Shown in pieces: positions 34,460 through 49,900 of a stretch of DNA of 64,000 nt; positions within the stretch are counted from its first letter, which is position 1; every line of letters starts with the position of its first letter. A program made the translations under genes and the position numbers. The DNA is taken from NCBI RefSeq assembly GCF_009914755.1, contig NC_060928.1; one strand, written 5' to 3'. The DNA is from the human T2T-CHM13v2.0 reference genome, Homo sapiens. The notes under the pieces are model-generated. The model had not been told where the DNA came from, searched no databases, and was given only the letters and a program-made list of their open reading frames with translations.

Positions 34460-34710
34460 ACCAATGTGGCTAGTGGTTGCGTGCAGGGCCTCTGATTTCA
34501 ACCACCTGAGTTTGAAATCAAGCTCCAAAATTTGCCATTTGTGAGACTCGAGTTACTTAACCTTTTTTTAACTTTGGTTTCCTTTCTGTGACAAAAACGG
34601 TTATTATAACAGAGCCAAGCAAATTGAGTTATTTAAGTATAAAACTAAATAAAGCTTATAAACCATGCCCGGTGTTAGGCACATTTAAGCCCTCGGGAAA
34701 AGTTAGCTAT
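34460..34710. mobile_element. MIR
   Basis: cacctgagtttgaaatc ... gttacttaacc ... tttggtttcc core. Confidence 0.6.
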
Positions 34711-36289
34711 TGTAGCAAAATTATTTATATTAATAGGAAAGAATGGTACCTAGTTTACCTATCCAATGAAGGTAAGCACATAGGGAAATGGATATGGGAT
34801 TATTATCATATGATGTTTCCTCAGACATTCAGCCTTTCAGTACAGTAGGCTTCAGATAGCCCTGGGATAATAAATTAGTATCATCAGGGATACAGCATGA
34901 AGGCCAGTGACATTGGCCTCTCCTGTGTACCTAGACCTCTCATAGTTTCTCCCCACAAATCTGATTGGGTTAGCTTCATTATCATCTACAGTGGTCTCTG
35001 CATTTCCACCTAGACAGTTACTTTAGCAGTGTCCAGTAGATTGAGGTTTGTTTGCTTTTATCACACTAGCCCAAAAACAGAATTATTTGTGCTTCAAAGG
35101 AGACTATAGGCCTAGCAGGCTCCTAGAATTTTGTAAATTCTCTCTGAAAATAGGCATGTTTGTTTGAATTGAATATACAGCTGGGTTCCTGTAGATCTCA
35201 GAGGAGATGGGGAATCTCTTCCTCCACTGCCTTTGCCATCACTGTCAGCCATCAAACGTTTGAAAATCACCCCACTATGCTGTAGCTGCTATTGCTTGGC
35301 CTCCCGCCCTGATGACAGTTAAAACCTGCATTACTCATCGCTGACTATCTTGCGCTTCTCTTTGGCACCCAACATCAACCTGCTTCACCTCCTTATTTTT
35401 TCAACCATCATTCAAGTGTAGACTCTTTTGGGATAAGAGTTGTTTTGTCTTATTCTCCTATCAATAATGCTTTTTCCTTCTGTTCCTTGATCCCGTCTCT
35501 CTTCTGATCCTTCTAAACTCCTTCTCTAAGTCCACCATTCCATGATTAATGAGCTCTAGAGATGACTAAACTCTTTGCAAAGTACTTTGCACATCTTGGA
35601 TTTAAATAAAATTTCATTCTCCCTGAAAGACCTTGATTAACATTTTCTTCTTTCAAGCAAGGCTATGTATTCTCCCATTTCTTACCTCTTAGCATTGACA
35701 GGCAGGATTTGAACACTCTGTGCTCTTCATCATCATTTTCAGACCCTTATTCATCAGCCTTCTCATAAAACTGTCATGCATCTTCACGGCTGATGCCAAC
35801 AAGCTGTATTCTCTTCATCTCTATTATGGCTAAGGAGCAATCCAGGAGATGTTCTACAAATGGTGTTTAATTCTCTACTGCAGATGACATGGTCATGTTC
35901 CAGAATCCTTAGGATTTATGCTGTGAAACTCCTACTAGGGTTTGTGCGAAATTCCACACAACATGTGTTTTTCCACCACAAATTATGTATAACAATTTTA
36001 AGTTTGAAACTGTGAAGGATCTGAGACATTACTTCTGGATGAAAGAACACATCATTTATTTGCAGATCATCTCAGCAGTGCCCCAGTTCTCCTTTGGGCA
36101 ACACAATGAGGGCCAGATATCACCTGCGCATATAGAGGTTTTGCTACAGAAGAGGAATCCAAAAATTATGAGAATCAGAGCTTAAGTAGGGCATCTGGTG
36201 CATCTATTCCTCCTCCTCCCTAGAGAAGGATTTTTGCTTTGCAATGTAGACAAATCTTCTCCAGGGAGAGGAAGAGGAAATCTCTAGCT

Positions 36290-39200
36290 TTTCTTTACCA
36301 TTTTGAAATATAAGCAAATGGCTCCAGGGAGGATTTATCTTTCAGGTTGCTATTCAATCATCCTTTACTCAGAAATCCTGGATCATGCAGAAATGAAAAA
36401 TATTAGTTGTTTCACAACACTGTGGTCTAGATGGTACAGTTGTTCTCATAGCAGCCTGAATCTGCTGCAAGGTACTTTTCTACTCTGAATCCTATTCAAA
36501 TTTGGCTGTATTCCATGCCATCTGCTGAAGGTTAGAGTACTATTCCCAGTGGTGGACTATTCTGTCTCTTGGACCCCAAGATGCTCTGTACTTAGTGGTG
36601 GGATGTGTGAGATGCAATAATTTGTCATTTATTTTCAAGGGGATGTCCAAATATTGCCCAGACCTTTGGGACTCTCAAATTTTCCAATGCAGTTGGTCCT
36701 GATTCTTCATGGGGTTTATCTCCCATCTCCTGGAAGTCATGTGTTTAACCAAAATCATATTTTATTAACATATTTGCCACTTCTTGCTCATCTAGTCCTA
36801 TTACATGGTGTTGTCTATATAGTGGATTAATATGATATTCTGTAAATGTTTAGACAGTATAGATCTTTTCAGACTATGTTAGGACTGACGACAGAAGAGT
36901 TCACACAGGCTTATGGGAAGACCATAAAAGTACATTGCTGTCTGTTTCAAATGAATTTAAACTTATTCTGGTCCTTCTTCTTATCAGGAATGGAAATAAA
37001 GACATTTGCCCAAGTAATGGCCATACAGCACTCCATGTATTTGAGCCCATGTTAATTATTCCACATCCAGTACAGCAAACAGAATTTATCTGGTTGACTA
37101 GTGAACTAATTTGGGATATAATGCAGACCATCGCCTTTGTATTTCTTAAGCCTTTAAAGGTGGCACTGATCTCTGCCATTGTCTTCAAGATACAATATTG
37201 TTTTTTTATTTACTAACTCAGCCAGCGGGAAAGGAGTTGGTGAGTTTCAGAGGTTTCCATGTAGCCTTCCTCACTACAATGTATTCTCCCAATCAGGACA
37301 GAAACACTTGTGAGAGTTCTAATATCAATCCAGTATGTCTACACCAATTACATAGTCAGGGCCAAGATCAGAGAAATGGCCACTGGTTGGTTCTGGGGAC
37401 CTTGTGGACTCACTGTGTGACAACCCATGACAGTATTGCATGTATTATATACTCTACATTTGTGAGCATTTTAGATTTAGTCTAAGCCAACTTAGTGTCT
37501 AACACTAATATTTTGTATTCCTCTTTTGTGTATGGTTCCTTGTATGAATAACTATAAGCCCCTTTGTAGAAAGACTGTGGGAATCACTTTCCTACATATT
37601 TGTCCATTTGCCTGTTCAGGCAGGGTTCTTCCTCCTGAGAACCCAGTTTGCCCTTCAGCTCATATGTTTCAGATCTGAAAATTGTCTCAGATATGGAAAC
37701 AGACAACCATTTGAAGCATTTCATTAGTCCTGGTGCCCTCGGCCTTTACTTCTGATTTATTTTGGTTATATGAACTGAGCAGTTTCATTTTAGGTTACAA
37801 TCTATCTGCCCTTAGGAAGCTATGTTTTATTAACCATTTCCATGGTGTCCTGTGGTTCAGGACCCCAGATTGTCATGCCAGTCTTGCTGCTCAAACTCAT
37901 TGCTTTATTTATTTATTTATTTATTATTCTTGAGACGGAGTCTCGCTCTGTCACCCAGGCTGGAGTGCAGTGGCACGATCTCAGCTCACTGCGACCTCCG
38001 CCTCCCAGGTTCAAGCAGTTCTCTGCCTCAGCCTCCTGAGTAGCTGGGATTACAGACATCCGCCACCATGCCTGGCTAATTTTTGTATTTTTAGTAGAGA
38101 TGAAGTTTCACCATCTTGGCCAGGCTGGTCTTGAACTCCTGATCTTGTGATCCGCCCGCCTCAGCCTCCCAAAGTGCTGGGATTACAGGCGTGAGCCACC
38201 ATGGCTGGCTGCTCATTGCATTATTTGTAACCTCCTTGCTTCGACAATAAAATGCCACCACCTCGTATCTATATTTTGGAATTCTGTCATTCCAAATCAT
38301 ATTATTGGCCCAGTTGTGTAACAGTTGAGTCCAGCTGTGTAACAGTTGAGTCCAGCTGTGTAACAGAATCTCCTGCTGTTTTTCTTTACCAACAGAGGAA
38401 CAGTCACTACTGAGTTTCTCAATGATATTGGTGCCTCTCTCACCAGAGCATAATTTAGCACTTTGGTAAAAGAAGTGTCCTTCAACTCCACCCGTGGAAC
38501 GTGTTCAGATGGCAGATTTTCTAAGCTTACATTAATATTCACTGTAGCATGCCTTTTTCCATTATCTGCCATTGCAGTTGCTCCATTTATATTTCAGTTA
38601 CTATGGGCCACTGCTGTCCCCCAAAACCTCGAAGTGAAATCCAACCAGCATATTAGCACAATATCTTGGTGTGCTTGCCAGGTAATTAGACCTGGTATTG
38701 TGGGAGAATACTACTATGTCAATAAACTCCTCATTATTCAGACTTTTGTTCCACCCATCCTCCAGTCTCTTAATCCAGCAACTGCAGGATCTAGTCCTAT
38801 ACATCATTTTCTGGTTGCTACTGGTATATGTTGCCTGGATCATGGAGCTTCTTTGGGATATAGTTCATTTATTCCATTTCCTCCTTTCTGTCTCAGTACT
38901 TCACTAGCCAGTTAATGTTGTGGTTTGATGCTACGTATTGGTCTGGTGGTTAGGAAAGGAGGTGTGGCTAGGTTCTTAGGTGGGGTTGCAAGCTAGAGAC
39001 TGCTGCATTGTCTTCAAACAGGAGGAAAGTGATAGTATTTAGCTGGAAGGAGTTGGACGTTCCTGTAAACCCAGAGAATTCGAGAGGATCTGGGGCTTCA
39101 ATATTGTCTACCCACATGGCACCGTCGCACTTCTCAGAGTCTCACCCCTTTTCAACAAGAGCCTTGGCTTGATGCAGTTGAGACTTTAGCCTTCTCTGGT

Positions 39201-39530
39201 GCTCTGCTACTGGCCCTGATCCTCTGTTTTTTTCTGTCTGTCTATAGCTGTAAAAGATAACAGTTACTTTATATGCTGCCAACGAGGACCTCTGACTTTC
39301 ACATTTTGCTTTTGAGGTGTGATTAATTACCCTCAACCTTTTGGTGTCTTCCTCCAATGCATCAGTTATGCTCAGCAAGAGCCATCTGATTCCATTGTCT
39401 TTATAATTAGTACTTGCACTGAACCTCTCAAAAGCCTGATGTGTTGTACTAGCCTGTGCAGTTCCATTTTCTGGTGTTTTGTTCCATTTCAAATAAGAAA
39501 GCTAATAACCATCAGTAGCATCAAACTTCA
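36290..39530 (-). mobile_element. Decayed ERVL-class internal region (gag-pol)
   Basis: Minus-strand ORF fragments resemble ERVL gag (YKDNGIRWLLL...; SFTKVLNYALVREAPISLRNSVV) and RT N-terminus (AEISATFKGL...). Confidence 0.75.
37904..38210 (-). mobile_element. AluS inside the ERVL relic
   Basis: Alu dimer with (TTTA)n tail. TSD CTCATTGC. Confidence 0.93.
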
Positions 39531-39827
39531 TTCTATCTTCTTGTTTGATACATTTCTTCTCCACCAGGCAATATTCAAAATGAGTTGCAAGTACTTAGTT
39601 TACTGTCTAACACAATGTAATTACTCTATTTATTGAAAATATAAATATTAGATTTCTTTTATGGCCTGTGTGATGACTTTCACTAAATACAATAATTGGT
39701 TGCTTGTAATATAGTGTAAATAGAATGAAGCTAATTTTAAGGGCTGACATTGGAATTGGGTTCTGTCCACTGGGATGAATTTGATTCACAATAAGAAATA
39801 GATCACAGGTAAGCTAACAGTTATTAT

Positions 39828-42188
<2,361 letters not shown>

Positions 42189-45100
42189 GAAATCTGAAAG
42201 ATGCAGTCATCAACTTTGATAGTCATTGAAATTTAATTTGATAAATGATCATACTCATTTGAGTTGTAGAATAACTCTTGGATTAGTGTCTAGTTGTCAA
42301 GAGTTCTACTTTTCTGGAAACTGTCCCTGTTACAGTGAGGTGGGTCTCTACCAGCCATGGCACTGCTATATGACCTGCTTCACCTGCTGCAGTTGATTGG
42401 GTTGATATGGATGCCTTATTTAAGCTGTGGCAATCAGAAGATCCTAGGAATTTAGAAAGTTGAACTGAGAAACCAGAGGCTGGGAGCTTCTGGTAGCTCA
42501 GTTTTATTGCAAATGCTAGTGGCCCTGAGGCCTATGAATTCCCACACCTGGAACCTGCTCTGATACCAGCCTATCTGGGACTGGGTCTTTCAGCTTTAGC
42601 CTAGCTTTTGTGAGATGTGACAACATCTTCCTAAAAAATATGTTTATTTGTTTAATCTAGCTCCAGTTGGTGTCTGTTATCACCTTAAGTCTACTTTTGT
42701 CAGCTAATACCTTATGTATACCTTAAGCATATAAATATATTTTCACATTATAAACATTAATATCTTTTTACATTTCTCCTGCCTACCAACAAGTGAACAA
42801 ATATTTTTCTCTGAAAATTTGCAGTCAGACTAAATGTTTGCATTAACCATAATGACACAAAATTTCAAGTATCCATTCAAAATTTCAAATATCCATTCCA
42901 AAAATTTCTTATTTAATATTACAGTTTACCAAAATAATATTGCTGAGAGAATATGCCCTTAATCTAAATATACAGAAGGTATTCTGTCAAACTATAGTGA
43001 ACTTAATTTTAAATACATTCAAGTACTATATTTTAGACAACTATATTCTTAGAAAGCTCATTTCCACTGCTCAGTGTACCACATTAATTTTTGATAATTC
43101 GGTGCTCTAGCAGTGTAGAAAGATGATTGCTAAAGAACAAAATATTGTAAATATCAGCTCAGCACTTTAAATATTATTGCATGTCTAAAACAGAGCTTTT
43201 TTTAACAATATAGGTTCCCCAAAATGTTCATAATGTTTTCTTAAATGTACAGTCTCTTGCCCTTTTACAACTGAGGAGTAATATCAGCTTCCATAGCAAC
43301 ACTTAGGCCATATCAAAATAGCATTTTACAAATGAAGAATCAAGTTAGTGATGCCATATCTCATTTACTACGTTGAAAGCCACATATTGAAAAATTTATC
43401 TTTTTCTATGATAAAGTAGCAGGTATTTTTGTCCTTTGCTCCCTTGAGAGATTGTCAGTTTCCTTGGATCTTGGAAGAAACACATAATATTCAGTCTCAT
43501 GCTTATCATGAATACTCCATAAAGTTGAATGAAAACATACCTCTCTGGGAGGCTAATGAAGAACAGATGTAGGCAAAAACAAGTTGGTGACGTTAGGAGA
43601 GAACTCAGAAGCTAAAATAATATTAGTGGGAGTAGAGAGAATGAAAGAAAAATACCAGTTGTCAGCTTAAATGGAATTGGTGGATATAACTGAACAGCTG
43701 ATAAAATAAAGAGGAAGGAAAAGGACGACCTGCAATCTCATTTTCTCTCTTTAGGTTACAGCTGTGATTTTAGTTGAAATAAAATGTGTTTCCTATTCAT
43801 TTATAAAGAACATCAGACCTACAGGTTTTTAAAATCACGCTGGAAGCAGTTACAAAGAATGTTTAGGTCTTAGGCAATATGACAATGAAAATTCACTATT
43901 ACTCAAGTTTAACTAACAGCAGCGTGTTTGATTCTCTGCTAATCATTTCTTTCTTTTTGGTTTTGGTTGTTTTAACATAGGTTAACAGTGGATTAAACTT
44001 CAAATTCTGGTAATCCTGAAGCTAAAATACAGCTCTCGGCTATACTTGTCACATTATACACAATTTTATCAATGACTGTAATTCCTAGAATTTGCAGTTG
44101 AAACATTATCTTTTATCCTTTCCACCCCATTTTTGCTGTTCTTAGTTCTATTTTTTATGTGTACTAGATAACTAGCTAGGGATGAAATAATAAGGATCTT
44201 TGGGACAACAAAGCTAGACAAAGTATTCTTTAAAGGTAATTTGCCCAAGCGATTAAGAATATGTGAAGAAGTATTTATCCATTTGGGACCTGCCAGTCAA
44301 TTTACTTAGCGGTGTGATTATGGTTATTGCTCATTGGAGAACAGCATGGTTCCAAAGGCACAGTTGCTGTTTTACTCACTAAAAATTGGTTAGTTTGAAT
44401 TTCATTATAAAATCCTTACTTGATTATCTATCACTCAATGTTTGGTCATAAAGTGCAGTCTTAAATCACCGTTTCTCCAAGCGGTTTCCTTGGACTATCA
44501 CAGCCATACAACACTGTGAGCTAAGAAAACTTCCTTGGGTAGGCGAATTTGTGAAACTGCTTATTGTATCACACTCGTGGAGACAAACAATGCTCATTAA
44601 AATGTTAATAGCTCTGAAAAATCCTGCAGTATAGAAGTTTAATTTATTCATCAAATTTTTACGTATCTGTTTAACTCCCCAGCAACTGGTATTTTATGCA
44701 ATATATTTTGTGAAAATAAGGTTTTAGTCAGTTATTCTGAGATGCTTCTAGTAATTACACAATATTATTCTTCTTTATATAGCTTCTTAACCTATTCTGG
44801 GTTACATCCACTTTAGAAGTGGATGAAGAATATAGATGTTTTTAGTTAGAAAAAGCTATGTAGACATATGGACATTAAATTTTATATAAAATGCAAGAAG
44901 TTACATCTTATTTAAGGATACTTAAAATCCACCATTGGCTCTATTTTCAGAAAACTTGAACCTTTTGGTTCGCTTACAAATTTAGCTTCCTTTTAGGGAC
45001 TGTTACCATAAGGTATATTTAGCTGTTGACAACTTGAATTTTGCAAAGTTTTGCTACTGCCCTTTATTTAATGTGAATGTGCCTCTCACCTTTGTCATGG

Positions 45101-45701
45101 CCCTTTTGAATCAAACTGTAAGTGGAAAGTTATAGATATTATCAAAGAACCAAGAACGAGGAAGCCAAGGTTGCTTTTCCCTGCTCGTTTGTATTCTAAA
45201 ATAGAGTATTTAGAACACAAAATCTTAAATGCATTTCTTTAGTGGATAAAGTTCCAAGATATATTAGAATGTCCTTATTCTGTTTATATCACTGATATTT
45301 AAAAGTATAACATTGAGTCAGTTGAACAGTCTGTAAAACATTTCTTAGTGCTCTGTTGTAGCCAAAAGAAATGCAGATTATATTTAGTTTGTGTACAGTC
45401 TATTTCAAACATATGTATAAGAATGTAGTACTTTTAGCTTTTCTATTACTTTCCTTTTTCTTCCATGTAAGTTACGATGGTGTAAATACATAAATAGATG
45501 TTGCTTTGCAATTTGATTTCAATCTCTGTGTGTATGTCCTAACTGAATCAAAAGGCTTTTTGGAAACTATCAAATTCTCTCCAAGATAATGTACAGAAAG
45601 ATATTTATGCATTGGTAATAAAGATTGAAACTTTATTTCAAACACTTTTCATTTGGTTTCTTTTGCACTAAGATCTTATTGCTCAAAGTTTTTTTTGAAA
45701 A

Positions 45702-46005
45702 TTTTTTCTTCTTTTTTTTTTTTTTGAGACAGAGTCTCCCTCTGTCACCCAGGCTGGAGTACAGTGGCGTGATCTCAGCTCACTGCAATCTCTGCCTCCA
45801 GGGTTCAAGTGATTCTCCTGCCTCAATCTCCTGAGTAGCTGGGATTACAGGCACGTGCCACCATGCCCGGCTGGTTTTTGTATTTTTAGTAGAGACAGGG
45901 TTTCACCATGTTGGTCAGGCTGGTCTCGAATTTCTGAGCTCATGATCCACCCCCGCTTGGCCTCCCAAAGTGCTGGGATTACAGGAGTCAGCCACCGCGC
46001 CTGGA
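45702..46005 (-). mobile_element. AluS
   Basis: Alu dimer with T-tract. Confidence 0.93.
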
Positions 46006-46505
46006 CTCCTCTTTTTTTTTATAATAGTCACCATAGTAATATAAGGAATTACTATATTAAAAGCCCAAACGTATATTTATTTGACCTGAATATTTTTAAA
46101 AAATATTAATATCACTTTAATTCTATTACATCTTGCTGTTAAGATTTTGACTTTTCTTACACCAGTGAAGATGAGAAAATGGAAATAAAGAAATACTAGG
46201 TATTATTAAGCGTTAATATAATTATAGTAGATCTCATTTAATCTTTAAAACAAAGTAGCGTGAATGTTTTAATTTCCAATTTATATCTAATTTTCAGAGG
46301 CTAATATATTTCCTAGGGTCACGCAGCTAGAATATTGTAGAGCTAAAACTTGAACCCAGAGATTCTGATTGAGAAAATAGCTATGATTTTATTTTTTAAT
46401 AATTTTGAAATAACGGGCAGGGCAAGTATTTGGGGAGAGGTTGTCAAAATAAGTAAGAATTTGCCTTTAGAGAAGCATATTCCTGAGGTTAAAAGCACAA
46501 TAACC

Positions 46506-46761
46506 TTCATAGGTGGGAATTGAACAATGAGAACACTTGGACACAGGGCAGGGAACATCACACACTGGGGCCTGTCATGGGGTGGGGGATGGGGGAGGGA
46601 TAGCATTAGGAGAAATACCTAACGTAAATGACGAGTTAATGGGTGCAGCACACCAACATGGCACATGTATATGTATGTAACGAACCTGCACGTTGTGCAC
46701 ATGTACTCTAGAACTTAAAGTATAATAAAAAAGAAAATAATTAAAAATGAATATAAATAAA
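46506..46761 (+). mobile_element. Severely 5'-truncated L1PA 3' end
   Basis: L1PA 3'UTR. TSD AAAAGCACA(A/G)TAAC at 46491-46504 and 46762-46775, at a TT/AAAA endonuclease site. Confidence 0.93.
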
Positions 46762-46930
46762 AAAAGCACAGTAACTTGAATTAGTCTGGACAGTAAACAG
46801 AGTTAGGTTTCTTCTTTTAACTTTGGTGTAGAAGTCTCTCCTCTGTTTTATTTTGCTATCATCCATCTCCTAGGCTCTAGATCCATGGCATGTCTTATAG
46901 AAAGATACTAACATAGCTTTTAATGCATTT

Positions 46931-46933
<3 letters not shown>

Positions 46934-46965
<32 letters not shown>
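46934..46965. repeat. (CA)n microsatellite
   Basis: About 16 perfect AC units. Confidence 0.97.
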
Positions 46966-46967
<2 letters not shown>

Positions 46968-49900
46968 TTATATCTTTTCTAAAGTAAATCCATTCCCTCA
47001 CCTCAAATGTGAAAGACCGTAAGTTGCTGGCCTAGTTTGGAATCTTGTCTCTTGTATAGTTGCTGAGTTCACACCTGCTGCTTCTCCATCTGCTACAATT
47101 TTAGATCAGTAAGACCTTCTTGAAATATGTGGAGAATGTCAAACATACTCCCAAAAAAGTGCTGTCTTCTTTTAAGCTGATGGTGTCCTGAGATGACTGA
47201 GGATTTTTGTTGTTGCTGTTGTTGTTGTTGTTGTTTCCCAATGATTAGAACTCACCTCTTTTTTTTTTCCCTCCAGTGACCTATAGTCTCTTTATTTAAG
47301 GGATCAAGACAACTTGGCCATGGTTTAAAGAACAGAGAAATAACATTTCAAGAGTAAATGTCATTGCACTTGATGGCAGTCACTTGAAAGGTCATCTATT
47401 CTATACTTATAAGAAATTAATTGTACACCTGAATGATATAATAATTTTTAGCCATTAAAAAATTTTAGTGAATGTACAAATGGGTTTCTTTTCATCTCAA
47501 TCTTAATATATCTAGTATAACAAATTTTGTATTTAAGAATAACATCTAATAACGATGTTTGCACATTCATGCAGATATTTACTCTAAGCAAGATTCTACT
47601 AGCCATTGTAATGTGAGGGCTCAAAAACGTAATCAGTAAGGAACTTGATGAAATTATATTTGCATGGGTATACTGGTGGTTCTTAACTTAAATATTAAGT
47701 TCTTATTTTTTGTGCTAAATATTTAGACGTGGAATTTTGTGTTTGTTTTCTTATACATTTGTATATATATTTTATTGTACTTTTCTTAGATTACTTAAAA
47801 AGTACCTTGTTTCCCACAGCAATAAGAAAGGTGCAGGGGTAATACAGTGGCTCAAAGGAGCAGGAAGTAGTGAATCCTTAATTTGTTATATAGGAAAACT
47901 GCTCATATTTAAATGGGAGCATTATTATGCTTCAAGCGTATGTTGGGGTTTAGTGTTAACATGTTGTGTTCCTTCTATAGATATATTCTGGAATATATCT
48001 ACAGATTTAGGATGCAATTCACCAATAATAGTTTTTGGAGCAGTAAAGAATTATTGGTTGAAGATTTGTTTTAATTCTATCCAAAATGACAAGGCACTAT
48101 GTAATCTTGGGTGTTCGCTTACTTATAAAATAAAGGCATTAGACAGCTATAAAGCTATGTGGCTCTTTGATCTTCAGACAATCTGCAGCTTCGGGGTCAC
48201 ATTGCGGCAGGGCTTCTTTATCACTGGAAAGGGCTGATGGGGGACAAAAGGAGGAGATGAGTCTTCTGGGAGAGCTGTCAGCACTAATGGTTTGCTAGAC
48301 CCTGACGTACGGAACTGCTTAGACTGATTTTTCTTCCTACATCTCTGTTAGATCCTAAATCTTGATCTGGTCTCACTCTAATTTTTTTTGTACCTTTTAA
48401 CAATCTAGGCTGTTTTAAACTGTACTCTCTTTGCTGTCACTTGGGGAATCTCCCTATGGCAATCTCACTCTCAACTCCTGTCTGAACTGAACAGCATGAA
48501 CACATCTACCAAGAAGAAAATTAATTAGGTAGCCACAGGCAACGTAAATACAGTCACGACTCCACCTAGAAACCTAAACTTTTTCAAATGTATGCTTTGA
48601 GGATTTTCAGAATGCACAGTGCCAATCAATTTACTTCCTGGAATTTGTATGTTTGAGTGCTTTGATTTTTCTGTGAAAGAAAACAAAACAGTGAACTGAA
48701 ATGTGCGATGCAGTTTAGAGAATGCAAGGCCCAAGTATCTGCCAAAATAGCATTTTTCATATTTCTGCTTCACCTTGGCCTCAGATATGTATGGAAACAT
48801 TTGGTTCTAAACAGAATTCTCAACAGCAACACCAACCTTTCTTAAAAATGTAAAATTTCTCAAAGTCTCAATAGCATGGTAAGAGCGTTGCTTATTCTTT
48901 TGCCAAATGCCTGTGAGTCAAGGCTGAAATTTTGGGCTAGTTGATATGGTGATAAGGTATTTTAAGTAGAGCTTATTGTTAATCTCTTCAGGATGCTAGT
49001 CTTTTGGCCTGTAGTCTAATTTTAGTCTTGCCAATTCACAGAAGGTTCCAGAATCTCACTGCTAAACCCCTGACTTGGGTAGGGGTGGTGCTGTTTGCTT
49101 TCAATCTTCCCTGACTCTGCCTGGGTGAATAGCACTTGTTTCCCTGTTCTCAGTGCTGCTTCTCCTGCATGTTTCTAGCTCCTTCTTGTTGGACCTTCAG
49201 CGTACTGTCATTTGTTGTATGGTCTCCCTGTTGTCTATATCTGGACTTCTTCCCAGCGTTTCCTTCTTCCCATAGATGAGTAAATTTCAAAAGGTCTTTT
49301 CTCCTAACATATCTTGTACTACAAGCACCTGAGTCTTCTATACATGAATATTGTGGGATGCCTTCACCGTTTGTACAGATCATTCCACTGGGCCTTTCTC
49401 CTAAGGAAAAGGAATGCTTTTAATTCTGTCACTGGGTAGGCAGACCCTCAAACTTTGGCTAGCTGCTTCTAGAAACACAGAAGAATGACAAACTGTACCT
49501 ATCTATTCCGCCCATCCTGTGCAGGGCCTACACTAAAAGGGAAAATGCCATAGCTTATTCAGTACTCCATCACGAGGATGTCCTGGGACTGCCACTATTT
49601 CTTCCTCGGAAGAGATACCAATTGTGAATATGTCTTTGACTGTAGGGAATTATGATTTGGAAGGCTGCCATTTGACTGTCATGTTTTTAAAAGAGTTGTT
49701 TGGTAATAAGCTGCTATTGAATATTAAATTGGAAAAATAAATGCAAAATAATAATAATAATCACAAACAATAACAATAGCCAAATGGGTTCTTTCTACAG
49801 ACATTGAAAACTATGTGATCTTTGTGTTGCTCTTATAGATTTGGCTACTAAGAAACTTAGATCTAAGTGTAGGATATAACTACATTATTCTGTACCATAT

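Noticed and set aside
47737-48237. 166-aa ORF in unique DNA
   Set aside because: TTG start, low-complexity AT-driven composition, no recognisable domain.
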